From: Histomonas meleagridis 2922-C6/04-290x
Taxonomy: Eukaryota; Protista; Parabasalia
Direction: 5' to 3'
Length of the DNA stretch: 64,000 nucleotides
Assembly (NCBI GenBank): GCA_020184695.1
Contig: JAANOX010000069.1
Coordinates: forward strand, 310,001-374,000
In this document: one piece after another, positions 37,030 to 48,133 of the stretch
Numbering within the stretch: position 1 is the stretch's first letter
Layout: every line of letters begins with the position of its first letter
The notes under the pieces: generated by a model
The model's input: the letters and a program-made list of their open reading frames with translations, nothing else
Told to the model about the DNA's origin: nothing
Databases searched by the model: none
Position numbers and translations under genes: made by a program

Positions 37030-39184
37030 TTATTGTAAATTTATATGGATTACATTTTGATAATGTAATGATTTAGATGATGTTTTTCTTGAATTGATTT
37101 CAATATTATTAGTTTGTGTACTTATGTCAATATGTTTAGACCCAGAAATATTTTTGTTATTTGAATTTTTATGAGTATCTTCCTTGAATTTAAAATTATT
37201 TTGAAAACCATTTAATAACAAGAAGTTATTTTTGTTCGTTAATACACTAAAATCAAAGGTATTTGTATTTACCTTTCTTTCATTTATTAATTTAACAGTT
37301 CCTGTATGACCATTTTCAGATGCTTTCATAAGTGCTGTTTGAAATAATTTAGATAATTTCCAAATATTATTTTGTTATCCGAAATTATTAAAATAAATTT
37401 TAAATAAAACGAACAAATATCTTTAGCATTAATATCAATTCCTTCTTGTTCAAGAAGTAATTTAACTATATCTATATGACCATTTTCAGATGCATACATA
37501 AGTGCTGTTTTAAATATTTTAAATAATTTCTAAATATTATTTTGAAATCCAAAATTATTAAAAGAAATATCAAATAATATAAATAAATATCTTTATTATT
37601 AATATCAATTCCTTTTTGTTCGAGTAGTAATTTAACAATTTCTATATGACCATTTAATGATGCCAAAATAAGTGGTGTTTGAAATAAAATAAATAGTTCG
37701 CAAATTTTATATGGAAATATAAAATTATAAAAGCAAATTTTAATGAAATCAAACAAACGCCTCTAGCTTTAATATCAATTCCTTTTTTTGTTCAAGAAGA
37801 AATTTAACTATTTCTATATGGCCATTTTCAGATGCTTTTAAAAATGCTGTCTCTAATAATTTATATAATTTCCAAATATCATTTGTAAATAAAACATTAA
37901 AATAAGCATTAAATATAATTTTGAATTATACATAGCATTAATATTAATTTCTTTTAGTTCAAAAACATATTTCACAAGTTCAATATTTCCTGATTCCGAA
38001 GAGAAAATAAAAATATCTTTTGGGGTTTGATTATTTTGAAGGAAATATTTAACAAGATATAAATTTCCGACTTTTGCTGCTTCATCAATAATACTATCAT
38101 TTATTTTCAGCCCTACTCCTTGTAAAAATGAAAAAATTTCATAGTTTCCTGTTTTTATACATAAACATCCCAAGTCATTGATATTGACTGGACAAGAATG
38201 TCCTTTTGACGAAAATTTACGTATTAAATATTGAGCATTTTCATATATTTGTTCTAATTTATTTTCATAAACATACTTAAAGACATCATTTTGATGGAAT
38301 TGAATTGCTGTTTCATATGATTCTTCAAATGATGAATGATTTTGTTCACATAAATGAAAGATTTCTACATTTCCACTTGCAATTGCATATTTGCCTGTAT
38401 TTCCTACACTTGCACCATTCATAAGTAAATATTTAAAACATTTTATAGAAGAAAAAAATGCTGCATAATCAATTAATGTAACATTTCTTTGATTAATAAA
38501 TGAACATCTTTCATAAACCGATTTTGGAATTGTTTGATTAAAATCGAAATCATTTTGTGATGATATTTCTTGAAGTTTTTCTATTTCATCATTTCGAATT
38601 ATTTTTGCAATTTCATTTGGATTAACACCTTTTTTAATTAATTGCTTATGAAGTTCAAAATCATTCTTTGATAGTTCTTCATAAGTAAAAAATGCTTCAT
38701 GAGGTGAAATATAAAATTTAGCATAAATATCAGGGTTTACTTTATAATGCATAAAATAAAATGATCGAATATTTTTAGTAATATTAGAATCAATCAAATT
38801 TCGTCTAATCATTTCCTCAAGTAAATAATATGATTCTTGAGAACCTATTTTACTTATATGATTACTAAAAATTTTTGTTATATTTGTAACATTTTTTTGA
38901 ATTTCTTTTTCTTTTATTTGTATTGTTTCCAAATAATTTAAATATATATTAAGTTCGTTATTAGAATAAAATGCAAAATAAACCAAATTACTAATAATTT
39001 TATTATATGAATATGGGAAATCTAAATCGAATAATTTCATTGTTTGATCAATTGTTAATTCAAAGTTATCTTGAGTTAAATTAAAAATGATTTGTTCAAG
39101 TTTAAATAATAATTCCATGATTGTAGGTTTCGATTTAATATCATTATTTTCGAAGGTTTCGCTAATCTCGGAATGAGATTGCAT
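37030..39184 (-). CDS. DUF3447-like/ankyrin protein E with 4 inserts (65, 68, 68, 68 nt)
   Basis: ORF 37853-39184 plus ankyrin exons plus C-terminal ORF 37030-37329; an A7 run near 37783-89 shifts the frame (possible homopolymer error). Confidence 0.7.
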
Positions 39185-39849
39185 TTGAAATTTTTTTTTG
39201 TGATTCTTGGGATTTTAAATGTTTTTGCATGACTTTTAATTGAAATGTTGGGGTTGCGAGACCTCATAGAAAATATTGAATGAAAAAGGTTTATTTTCAC
39301 AAAATGTTGCAATTTCCACAAAAAAGTTGTTGTAAAATCGCCAAAAAGCATGCTTTTCTCATGAAACAAAGATAACATATATTTTCATCTTTTTCATGAA
39401 AAATTTTACTCTCCCATTGGAGCTTGAAAAGTAAAAATATTAAAATATTATCGCGGCAGTTTGAAAATGATAAAAACCTTAAAATTAAATGCATTTTGGA
39501 TTTATTTCAAATTTATATTTATAATGTTGCTTATAAACAACATCCATGAGCATTGGACAAAACAAATTGGATTCAAGAATGGAAATCGTAAAGATTAGGA
39601 TATATATAATTCAGATAATTATCGAATAGTTTAACGTCAGTGTCAGTTTACCAAAGTATTGTTACTGTTGATGGAGAGAACAAAAAAAATTTTATAAACA
39701 AATTAACTTATGGAACAAATTTGTTCCCTCTTTTCTTTTTTTCTTCCCGTTTTATGATTATTTGGGCAAATTCTTCAAATGGTTTTTCGACATTAATTCC
39801 CAAAAGTACAGAAGTTTCAAAAATGGAGCACTTAGCGAGCTAATCTTTT

Positions 39850-40230
39850 ACCGTCGGATACAACCTATACGAACATGTTATCCGTTTAACTACTGTCTCT
39901 ATGAACATGTTATACAAAATAGCTGTTGTTTACCAACCGGGACATTTGCTTTACTAATACAAGATAACGCGCTTTCAAGGTATAATACCTTTTTCCCCTT
40001 TCTCTTTCAACAGCTATATCAAAATGTACATCCCAAAAATTACTTACAAGTTTGATATCAAATTCAATTTTTCTGTTGTTAAATGTGTGGAGTATTGGTA
40101 AACATTATCAATAGGCTTATATTGAAAATTAAGTTCTTGATAACGACCATTCACAGTATGTTAGACTTTGCCAAAACCAGTTTCGCCTAAAACGCAAACA
40201 TTGAAGCGACAATTGTTCGAAACATTACTT
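39850..40230 (-). pseudogene. Degraded small-GTPase-like P-loop gene
   Basis: Minus strand reads RFNVCVLGETGFGK, followed by stops and frameshifts. Confidence 0.35.
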
Positions 40231-40525
40231 TGCATGTTTTCATAACGTACCTAAATGATGTCATCATTGCTTGTGGCACAATCAAAGGTTTACTGCATCT
40301 TCCTTCTTTCTTATAAAACCTAATGGTTCTGTACAGCGCTAGATTAAAATAATTTGACTAACATATATTATTTGATCAGCACAAATAGCTACACGTAAGA
40401 ACATTATAAATAGTTATTTTTTAAATAAACATGTCCCTAATTTACCCTTATGCGTAAAATTGAACGGTTTTATATACTAGTACTTTTTTGTAATTCAATT
40501 AAATTTTGATTTGACATTATATTTA

Positions 40526-43500
40526 ATGAATAAAAAACCAAAGCAAAATAAAAAGAAAAGAACATCTGAACTCAAATACCTACAAAAGATAGAAAAAATT
40601 ATTTTTGATATAAAAAGAGATAATATTGAAGAAAATGTTAATCAATTATTGTTTTTATTTCACAAGAAAACTCAATACTCTTTTAATTATATTGTTTGTC
40701 AATTAATATATTCTTATATTTTATATAATACCAATGATGGTGAACTTTGTATTCAAATGCTTCAATTAATTCAAACTAAAGAAAAATATTGTTCTCGAAT
40801 TTTTGATATTTTTACAAAAGTTCTCCTTAAATATAGCTCTAATGAATCATTATATCTTCTACATAGTATGACTGAACGAAATATTATAGATAAAAGTATA
40901 TTGTTACAATTTAAAGCAAAAGAATGTCCAAGTAAAGACAAATATTTAACAGAACTTTCGAATATTGATATTGAACTTCAACGCAAATATGATAAAGAAG
41001 GAATAATCCAAATGAAATAGCAAAAGTAATTCGATTTGACGAACTTGAGGAACTTCAAGAAATAACATCACAATCAAATTTTAATTTTAATGGATATATT
41101 GAACCATCATATTTTGAAAGATGTTCATTTATTAATGAAAAACATGTTTCATATATTGATTATGCAGCATTTTTTGGATCACTTGAATGTTTTAAATTTT
41201 TATTATTAAATAAACCAATCTTAACAAACACAGGTAAATATGCAGTTGCAGGCGGAAATTTAGAGATCATTCATTTATGTGAACAACAAGGTGTAATATT
41301 TAAAGGTGCATATGAAGTATCAATTAAATTTCATCGAAATGATGTCTTTAAATATATTTATGATAATAATTTTGAGAAATATAAAAAAATAGAAGAGTTA
41401 GCAAAGATATGTCTTTATTCATTTAATTTTGAAGTTTTCTCATTTTTACTTGAACAAGGGCTAACAATTAATGAAGATATTATTAATCTATCAGTAAAAA
41501 CAGGTAATTTATTTCTGACGAAATATTTCATCAGAAAAAATGAAATTCCAAAAGATATTTTAATTGAAGCAATAAATTCAGGAAATATTGAACTTGTTAA
41601 ATATCTAATTGAGCAAGATGGAATTGATCTCTATTATGAAAACATATTTTTATTTTGTTTAATATTTGTTTTAATAATTTTATATTTCAATATTGATTTT
41701 AGAATATTATAATATCATTTGAATTTGCTCCTATTTGTGCATGTTTAAAAGGATATATTAATATTGTTAAATTTTTTATTTTAGAAAAAGGTGTAAATGT
41801 TAATATAAAAAATATTTTTTTAATATAATTAGTATAAATTTTTTAATGATTTTTATCATAATTTAATGTTTATTTAATGAATTTTTTTCTCTTCTTCATG
41901 CAGCATGTTCAAATAACCATGTTGAAATTGTTCAATTTTTACTTGAGCAAAAAAATATTGATATTAATGTGAGAACTATTTCTTGATTTGATTTATAACA
42001 GTTCTTATTTATTTTATGGTATTTCTTGAATTTAATTGATTCGGCAATTTTAATAGCAAGTAAAAAAGGTTATTTTGAAATTGTTCGTTTACTTGTTGAA
42101 AATGGATGTAATTTAAATTATAGGAATGTTAACTTATTAATCATAACGTTTATAAAAACATTTTTATGTTTTATATCAAATTATGGATTTTTCATCAAAG
42201 TAATTAGAAACAGCAATAAACAAAGCATATGAAAACCAATATCATGATGTTTTTCAGTTCCTTTTTAATCAGAATGATATTGATTTAAATGATAAAAATT
42301 TTTTTTCATTCTATTTGAAAATTTTTCATTATAAAATTTGGAGTTTTTTTTGATATATTTGAAACACTGCTTTTGTTAGCAATTAAAAGAAATCAAAATA
42401 GATTTGTTAAATTAATTCTTGAGAAAAAAGGAATTGATTTCAATGCGAAAGATATCAATTTACTCTGTATAAAATTTATTTTAATAATTTGAAAATTCAA
42501 AATAATATTTGGGAATAATTTAAAATATTTAAGACAGCACTTATTTTAGCAGTAAAAAAAGGTGATACAGAAATAGTTAAATTACTTCTTGAACAAGAAG
42601 GAATTGATATTAATAATAAAGATATTTATTCGTTTTATTTAAAATTTATTTTAATAATTTTCTATTTCAAAATAATATTTGCAAATTATTTAAATTATTT
42701 GATACAGCACTTATTTTAGCATCTTGGATGGGTCATACAGAAATAATTCAATTACTTCTTGAACAAGAAGGAATTTATATTAATGCTAAAAATATTTATT
42801 TGTTTTATTTAAAATTTATTTTAATATTTTGATATTTCAAAAATAATATTTGGAAATTATTTAAATCATTTAAGACAGCACTTATTTACGCATCTGAAAA
42901 TGGTCATACAGAAACTGTTAAATTACTTCTTGAACAAGAAGGAATTGATATTAATGCTAAAGATATTTATTTGTTTTATTTGATATTTCTTTTAATAATT
43001 TTGGATTTCAAAATAATATTTGGAAATTATTTAAATCATTTAAAACAGCACTTATGTTAGCATCATTAAATGGTCATATAGATATAGTTAAATTACTTCT
43101 TGAACAAGAAGGAATTGATATTAATGCTAAAGATATTTATTTGTTTTATTTAATATTTATTTTAATAATTTTGGATAACAAAATAATATTTGGAAATTAT
43201 CTAAATTATTTAGAACATCACTTATGAAAGCATCTGAAAATGGTCATATAGATATAGTTAAATTACTTCTTGAACAAGAAGGAATTGATATTAATGCTAA
43301 AGATATTTATTTGTTTTATTTAAAATTTATTTTAATAATTTTCTATTTCAAAATAATATTTGCAAATTATTTAAATTATTTGATACAGCACTTATTTTAG
43401 CATCTTGGATGGGTCATACAGAAATAATTCAATTACTTCTTGAACAAGAAGGAATTTATATTAATGCTAAAAATATTTAATTGTTTTATTTAAAATTTAT

Positions 43501-43623
43501 TTTAATATTTTGATATTTCAAAAATAATATTTGGTGATTATTCAAATTATTTAAGACAGCACTTAAGTTAGCAAACGAAAACAGAATAGAGCAACTGTCC
43601 AATTGCTTTCTGAACATAAATGA
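40526..43623 (+). CDS. DUF3447-like/ankyrin protein F with 12 inserts (1-nt frameshift near 41005; TAA at 43478-80)
   Basis: N-terminal ORF, conserved IDYAAFFGS block, then 170/171-bp period ankyrin exon + insert units at 42528-43560. Confidence 0.7.
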
Positions 43624-43733
43624 ATCAATTTGCAAAACTGTAAATAAATCAATTTGGGTGTTTGTTTATTCAGTTTTGAGTGAAAAAAGAGGTAAATCAG
43701 AGTTCCTCAAACTAATGAAATAAACATATCCTG

Positions 43734-44696
43734 GTGAATTTGATTTTTATTAGATTATTATTAGGAAAAATAAATATAGAACGTAAATATAATAAAAAGT
43801 TATTTGGTTATGATATCAGAGATGAAATAGAATATCGATTAAATGAATTAAAACAAACTATTAATAGTTTAAAAATTGATGTTAATGTAATACTCTATTA
43901 CAGATATTCAGATCTTATGTCAACACTAATGTATAAATATGGTTGCTTTGATAACGTATATGAATTAAGTGGTGATATTGCTAATAAACTTCGTTCAGAA
44001 TGTAATTTTCAGAAAACTATATGGAAAAAAAAGCATTTAATAGGAAAATATTACTACATTGATCTTAATGGTGCTTATATGAGTAGTGTTATATCAATAC
44101 CTACTGGAAAACCTAATGATAAAGGTGAATTTGTTGGTAATAATCATTTAATAAAAGAACTTATTACTAAATTATATAATATTAGAAAAGAAGATAAATT
44201 AAAAGGTAATGACAAGCTATCTACAACAATTAAATTTATGATGAATAGTTGTTGGGGAACTAGTATAAGATCTTATAAAAATTATGTTAATAAATTGATT
44301 AATAATTCTTCAATAAGTAAATATATTGATACTTACTCTCCTCCTTATGTAATAAAATATGATAATAATTATGTTTCATTAGTAAATTCATTTAGAGAAC
44401 ATTATACGTTTCCACAGTTTGCTAAATCAGTATTAGATAACTTTAATAAAAAAATGAATGATATTTATAATCTTGTTGATAAAGTATATTATTCAAAAGT
44501 TGATTTTTTATTGATATCTGAAAACGATTTTAATAAATTAAATGATATGGGATATATAGGTAATGAATTAGGATTATTTAAAATAGAATATATTTTCGAT
44601 GAAGTATTTATTTATAGTGCTAATAATTGGATTGGAAAAAAGATTAATGGATCGCAGACAAGCTGCTCCGCTGCGCCTAAGGATGGGTATCGATAA
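43734..44696 (+). CDS. Divergent family-B DNA polymerase (Maverick/Polinton-type) catalytic fragment
   Basis: Motif A YYIDLNGAY, motif B KFMMNSCWG, motif C variant YYSKVD, LGLFKIE; no ATG start and truncated ends. Confidence 0.65.
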   Translation: MNLIFIRLLLGKINIERKYNKKLFGYDIRDEIEYRLNELKQTINSLKIDVNVILYYRYSDLMSTLMYKYGCFDNVYELSGDIANKLRSECNFQKTIWKKKHLIGKYYYIDLNGAYMSSVISIPTGKPNDKGEFVGNNHLIKELITKLYNIRKEDKLKGNDKLSTTIKFMMNSCWGTSIRSYKNYVNKLINNSSISKYIDTYSPPYVIKYDNNYVSLVNSFREHYTFPQFAKSVLDNFNKKMNDIYNLVDKVYYSKVDFLLISENDFNKLNDMGYIGNELGLFKIEYIFDEVFIYSANNWIGKKINGSQTSCSAAPKDGYR

Positions 44697-44920
44697 ATAT
44701 TAATTTCCTATTTTTTTGATTCAAATAATTTGGTGAAATAAACAAAATATTTTAAAACCCATAAACTTTGAAAACAGTAATATGACACTTCGATCGCCGC
44801 CGTTGCAGGTTGAATATTATTCAATTAAAAAATATTTTTTTTCGTGATAACACAGAAAGTAAAAAAGTGACTTTATACTATAATAAACGTGCGAACAATA
44901 AACGGTTTTTATAATTTTCT

Positions 44921-45772
44921 TTATTTTACTCTTTGGAAGTAATCGAAATCAACAAAATTTGTTCTAATTGTACGTCCACCATGTTCTCTGTTGTTCAAAA
45001 GTACGCAAGCTGCCTTTGAAAATTCAAGAGAATCCATTTGGAAAAAGATATCTCCGCTTCCATCGGAAGATTGTTTAATTGAATCAATTCCACCAAAGTA
45101 ACTCACTTCTTGCTTAAGCCATTGGAAGTCGTTACAATTATGAACTGCAAATGTTCTTTCGGCAGCACCTTTATAAAGAGGTGCAACAATAATTGGAACG
45201 CCTGACCTTCGGTGGCCATTAAATGTTCGATATGCAGTCATTGCAGCTGTTTCAGTCGTGAAGAATATAACATAATAAAATGTATTTCGATACTTATAAG
45301 ATTTTACCATTGAAATTTGTCCACATTGTCCGAAAAATTCATTGACATCGGAGTTATCACCATTGAAATTGAGAACATAAATAATTGGAGGAGATTGCTT
45401 GTTATCAAAATTAATTGCATCGAGTCTGGAAATTGACATCATTCTAATGAATTTGTGGAAAGCTCCTACACTTTGGAACAAACGAACTTTAACAGCTTTT
45501 CCTTTAAATAACTGAGATTGTAATCTTTCTAATCGACTTTGTGTAACTTCTTCTGTAAATTGGGCAATTACAGTACCTGTTGGTGTGCCATTCAAGTCTC
45601 TGAATAAGGAAAGATCTTCTAGTTCAACTTTTACGTAATCTTCAATGAAATTATATATTTCATATGAATAAAATGGAACAGGCTCAAATTCAACCGAAAT
45701 AAGGATGCCTGATGGTTCTGTGTCATCACCTTTTTTCCCTGATCGGTATGAAGGGTGGCTTGAGTAATCCAT
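44921..45772 (-). CDS. Multi-RRM RNA-binding protein
   Basis: Three RRM-like units (IYVLNF...FFGQCGQI...VIFFTTETAAMTAYRTFNG). Confidence 0.65.
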   Translation of the reverse strand: MDYSSHPSYRSGKKGDDTEPSGILISVEFEPVPFYSYEIYNFIEDYVKVELEDLSLFRDLNGTPTGTVIAQFTEEVTQSRLERLQSQLFKGKAVKVRLFQSVGAFHKFIRMMSISRLDAINFDNKQSPPIIYVLNFNGDNSDVNEFFGQCGQISMVKSYKYRNTFYYVIFFTTETAAMTAYRTFNGHRRSGVPIIVAPLYKGAAERTFAVHNCNDFQWLKQEVSYFGGIDSIKQSSDGSGDIFFQMDSLEFSKAACVLLNNREHGGRTIRTNFVDFDYFQRVK

Positions 45773-46202
45773 TTTTATGTTGGCGAGTTAATGACACTTT
45801 TGTGTCTTTCTTGCTAAGTTCACAAACTGGAAATATGAATAAGATTTGCATGTTAGTGGTGGCTATTGCAAGTTCTCAAATAAACTTTCTTATGGTTTAA
45901 TGAAAAGCACATTCATTCCTATTTTTTAAAAATAATGTAAATTTGCAATTCATAGATCATAATTTATTAAAAATATTAATATGTATTCTAGCTTAAGCTA
46001 AGTGAGTTTTTTCATTTAGTTAGTAGTGACTGTACTTGTAGTTTTTTTTTTATGATTGAAGATGTCCTTCCAAAGGCTTTCCAGTTTTTGAATATAAGTG
46101 CGATGGTTTTTCATTCAACTCTATCGTTAATAAATGTTATTTCCTTTTGTGAGTTCTGCGGGGCACCCCAACTAGCAATGGCGGGCAGTGATTCACAATC
46201 GC

Positions 46203-47555
46203 ATGAAAGCACTCAACCAGGACTGCATTAACTTACTTTCAAGCGGTCAAGTAATTTCCGGTGTTATTGATGCTGTTAAGGAGTTACTTGAGAATGCTCT
46301 TGATTCAGGTGCAAAAACAATCAAAATAAAATTAGAAGATCAAGGTTTACAACGCATTGTTGTTACAGATGATGGTTGTGGAATTACACCAAATGGAAGA
46401 GAAACCTGTGGTCTTGCATACACCACTTCTAAAATTCTATCTTTTGAAGATCTCATGAATGATTTAACAACATTTGGGTTTAGAGGCGAAGCACTCCATT
46501 CACTATGTTGTGTTGGAGATGTAGAAATTATTACTAGGTGCAAAGATGAAGACACAGCCAAAAAACTCATATTTGATCATAATGGTAATATTTTAAAAAC
46601 AGAAATTGTTGCAGCTCCTCAAGGAACTTCTGTATCAGTTTGTAATTTGCTCTCTGTTTTCCCGGTACGTGTTCGTGAAGAGCGTGTAAATTTCTCTGTT
46701 GATTCTTTGAAAAATCTTCTTTCCAGATATTATCTTGCAGCACCATCAGTTCGTTTTGTTATTGATGCACCACCATTTCTTAATCAAACGCGACCTCCTT
46801 TCGCCTCACTTTCACAAGCTGTTACATATGAGTATGGATCTCAAGTTTCCGCTGCACTTGTTGAGAAAAATGCCGAAACTTATAGCGGAGACATCAAGAT
46901 ACGTATGAAGGGATTGGTCCCATCCCCTACATGCGAATGGAAGGACGCATCAACGAGTCGAATGCAATCAAAACAACTTTTGCTCGTTAACGGTCGCCCC
47001 GTACGGAACAGTACAATTGAAAAGAAGGTGAATGAGATTTGTTGGGCCAAATTTGGGTCGATTCCAAAAAGGTTTCCACGGTATATCATATGCATTGATT
47101 TTTATCGAGATAATCAGATCTGTTCATCAATGATGGATGTTAATGTTGACCCATCAAAAGCTCATATAATATTCTCTGAGGCAAATATTATTATTAAGTT
47201 GGTGGAACAATTGTTCGAAAACAAGAAACAACAGATATCTTTCAAAAATATTAGAGAATGGCCATCAACTTTCATCAATTTGTCACATCCGGCAATCGAT
47301 ATTGCATCACTTGGAGGATGCGTATGGAGAGGAGCCGGGTCATACGAAAATTACACGCTGTTTAGCGTTTTGGATTTTTCGAATAATTTGCATCTGATCG
47401 CAGCAGACCTCCAAAAGCTATATGAAAAATGCGGCGTACACCCAACAGAAATCGGTAGAACAGATCAATCCGAGTTCATTGTTATGTATTGGGATCAACT
47501 TATGGAAATTCATAACGAATCTCCTTGCGTATTCCACTTGTTTCAACTTGATTAA
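46203..47555 (+). CDS. MutL-family mismatch repair ATPase (PMS1/Mlh2-like)
   Basis: AVKELLENALDSGA, VTDDGCGI, TFGFRGEAL, GT.V.V, DVNVDPSK; no DQHA(X)2E(X)4E endonuclease motif. Confidence 0.85.
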   Translation: MKALNQDCINLLSSGQVISGVIDAVKELLENALDSGAKTIKIKLEDQGLQRIVVTDDGCGITPNGRETCGLAYTTSKILSFEDLMNDLTTFGFRGEALHSLCCVGDVEIITRCKDEDTAKKLIFDHNGNILKTEIVAAPQGTSVSVCNLLSVFPVRVREERVNFSVDSLKNLLSRYYLAAPSVRFVIDAPPFLNQTRPPFASLSQAVTYEYGSQVSAALVEKNAETYSGDIKIRMKGLVPSPTCEWKDASTSRMQSKQLLLVNGRPVRNSTIEKKVNEICWAKFGSIPKRFPRYIICIDFYRDNQICSSMMDVNVDPSKAHIIFSEANIIIKLVEQLFENKKQQISFKNIREWPSTFINLSHPAIDIASLGGCVWRGAGSYENYTLFSVLDFSNNLHLIAADLQKLYEKCGVHPTEIGRTDQSEFIVMYWDQLMEIHNESPCVFHLFQLD

Positions 47556-48133
47556 ACAATTTATTAAATTTTTAAGATTTTGCTCCTGTGTTTACTTTTG
47601 AAGTATAAAATTACAAAGAATGAATGATGAAACAAAATTAAAGAAATGAAAAACCTATAAAAAAGCAGATATTCCATACCAAGTTTAAATGAATAAATGT
47701 TTAATAATATCATTGTATTTTACTCACAGTGCTTTTTTGAAGAATTTATTTAAGGGATTTTCATTTTTAACAACTTCCAATTTTTTACAATTGTAAATAT
47801 TAAAATCTTCTGGTTCTTTGGTAAGAAATATCTTCGGGTACAAGGATCATTATGATCATTATCTATCTTTTCTAAGCAGTTCTTCGTATTCTTTCAAGAC
47901 GTCTTTATTTCAAATATTAGTTAAAATTAATACAAACATAAATTTCTTTTGTTTTAATACACAATTTAAAAATTTTTCAAACAATTATAATATCTCCAAA
48001 ATCAAATTTACCCGACTTAAACAGAGAAGAAAAAGAAAACATTTTATTAATAAGCTTGAAATAAAAGAAATTATTACATATCAGATAAAAGTTTGAATAT
48101 GAAAACAAATAAAAGATATAAACATTTTATTCA

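Noticed and set aside
5614-43560. Ankyrin inserts as ordinary spliceosomal introns
   Set aside because: No GT...AG pair at frame-restoring distance and no TCTAAC..CAG motif; several inserts contain no AG at all; one is only 8 nt.
5614-43560. Single programmed -1 frameshift, or one -1 slip per 20-nt unit, translating through the inserts
   Set aside because: This works for a few units (T TTA AAA sites), but inserts occur in all three phases and many have stops in codons 1-2 of the insert, in the third 8-nt core, or right before the downstream TTT.
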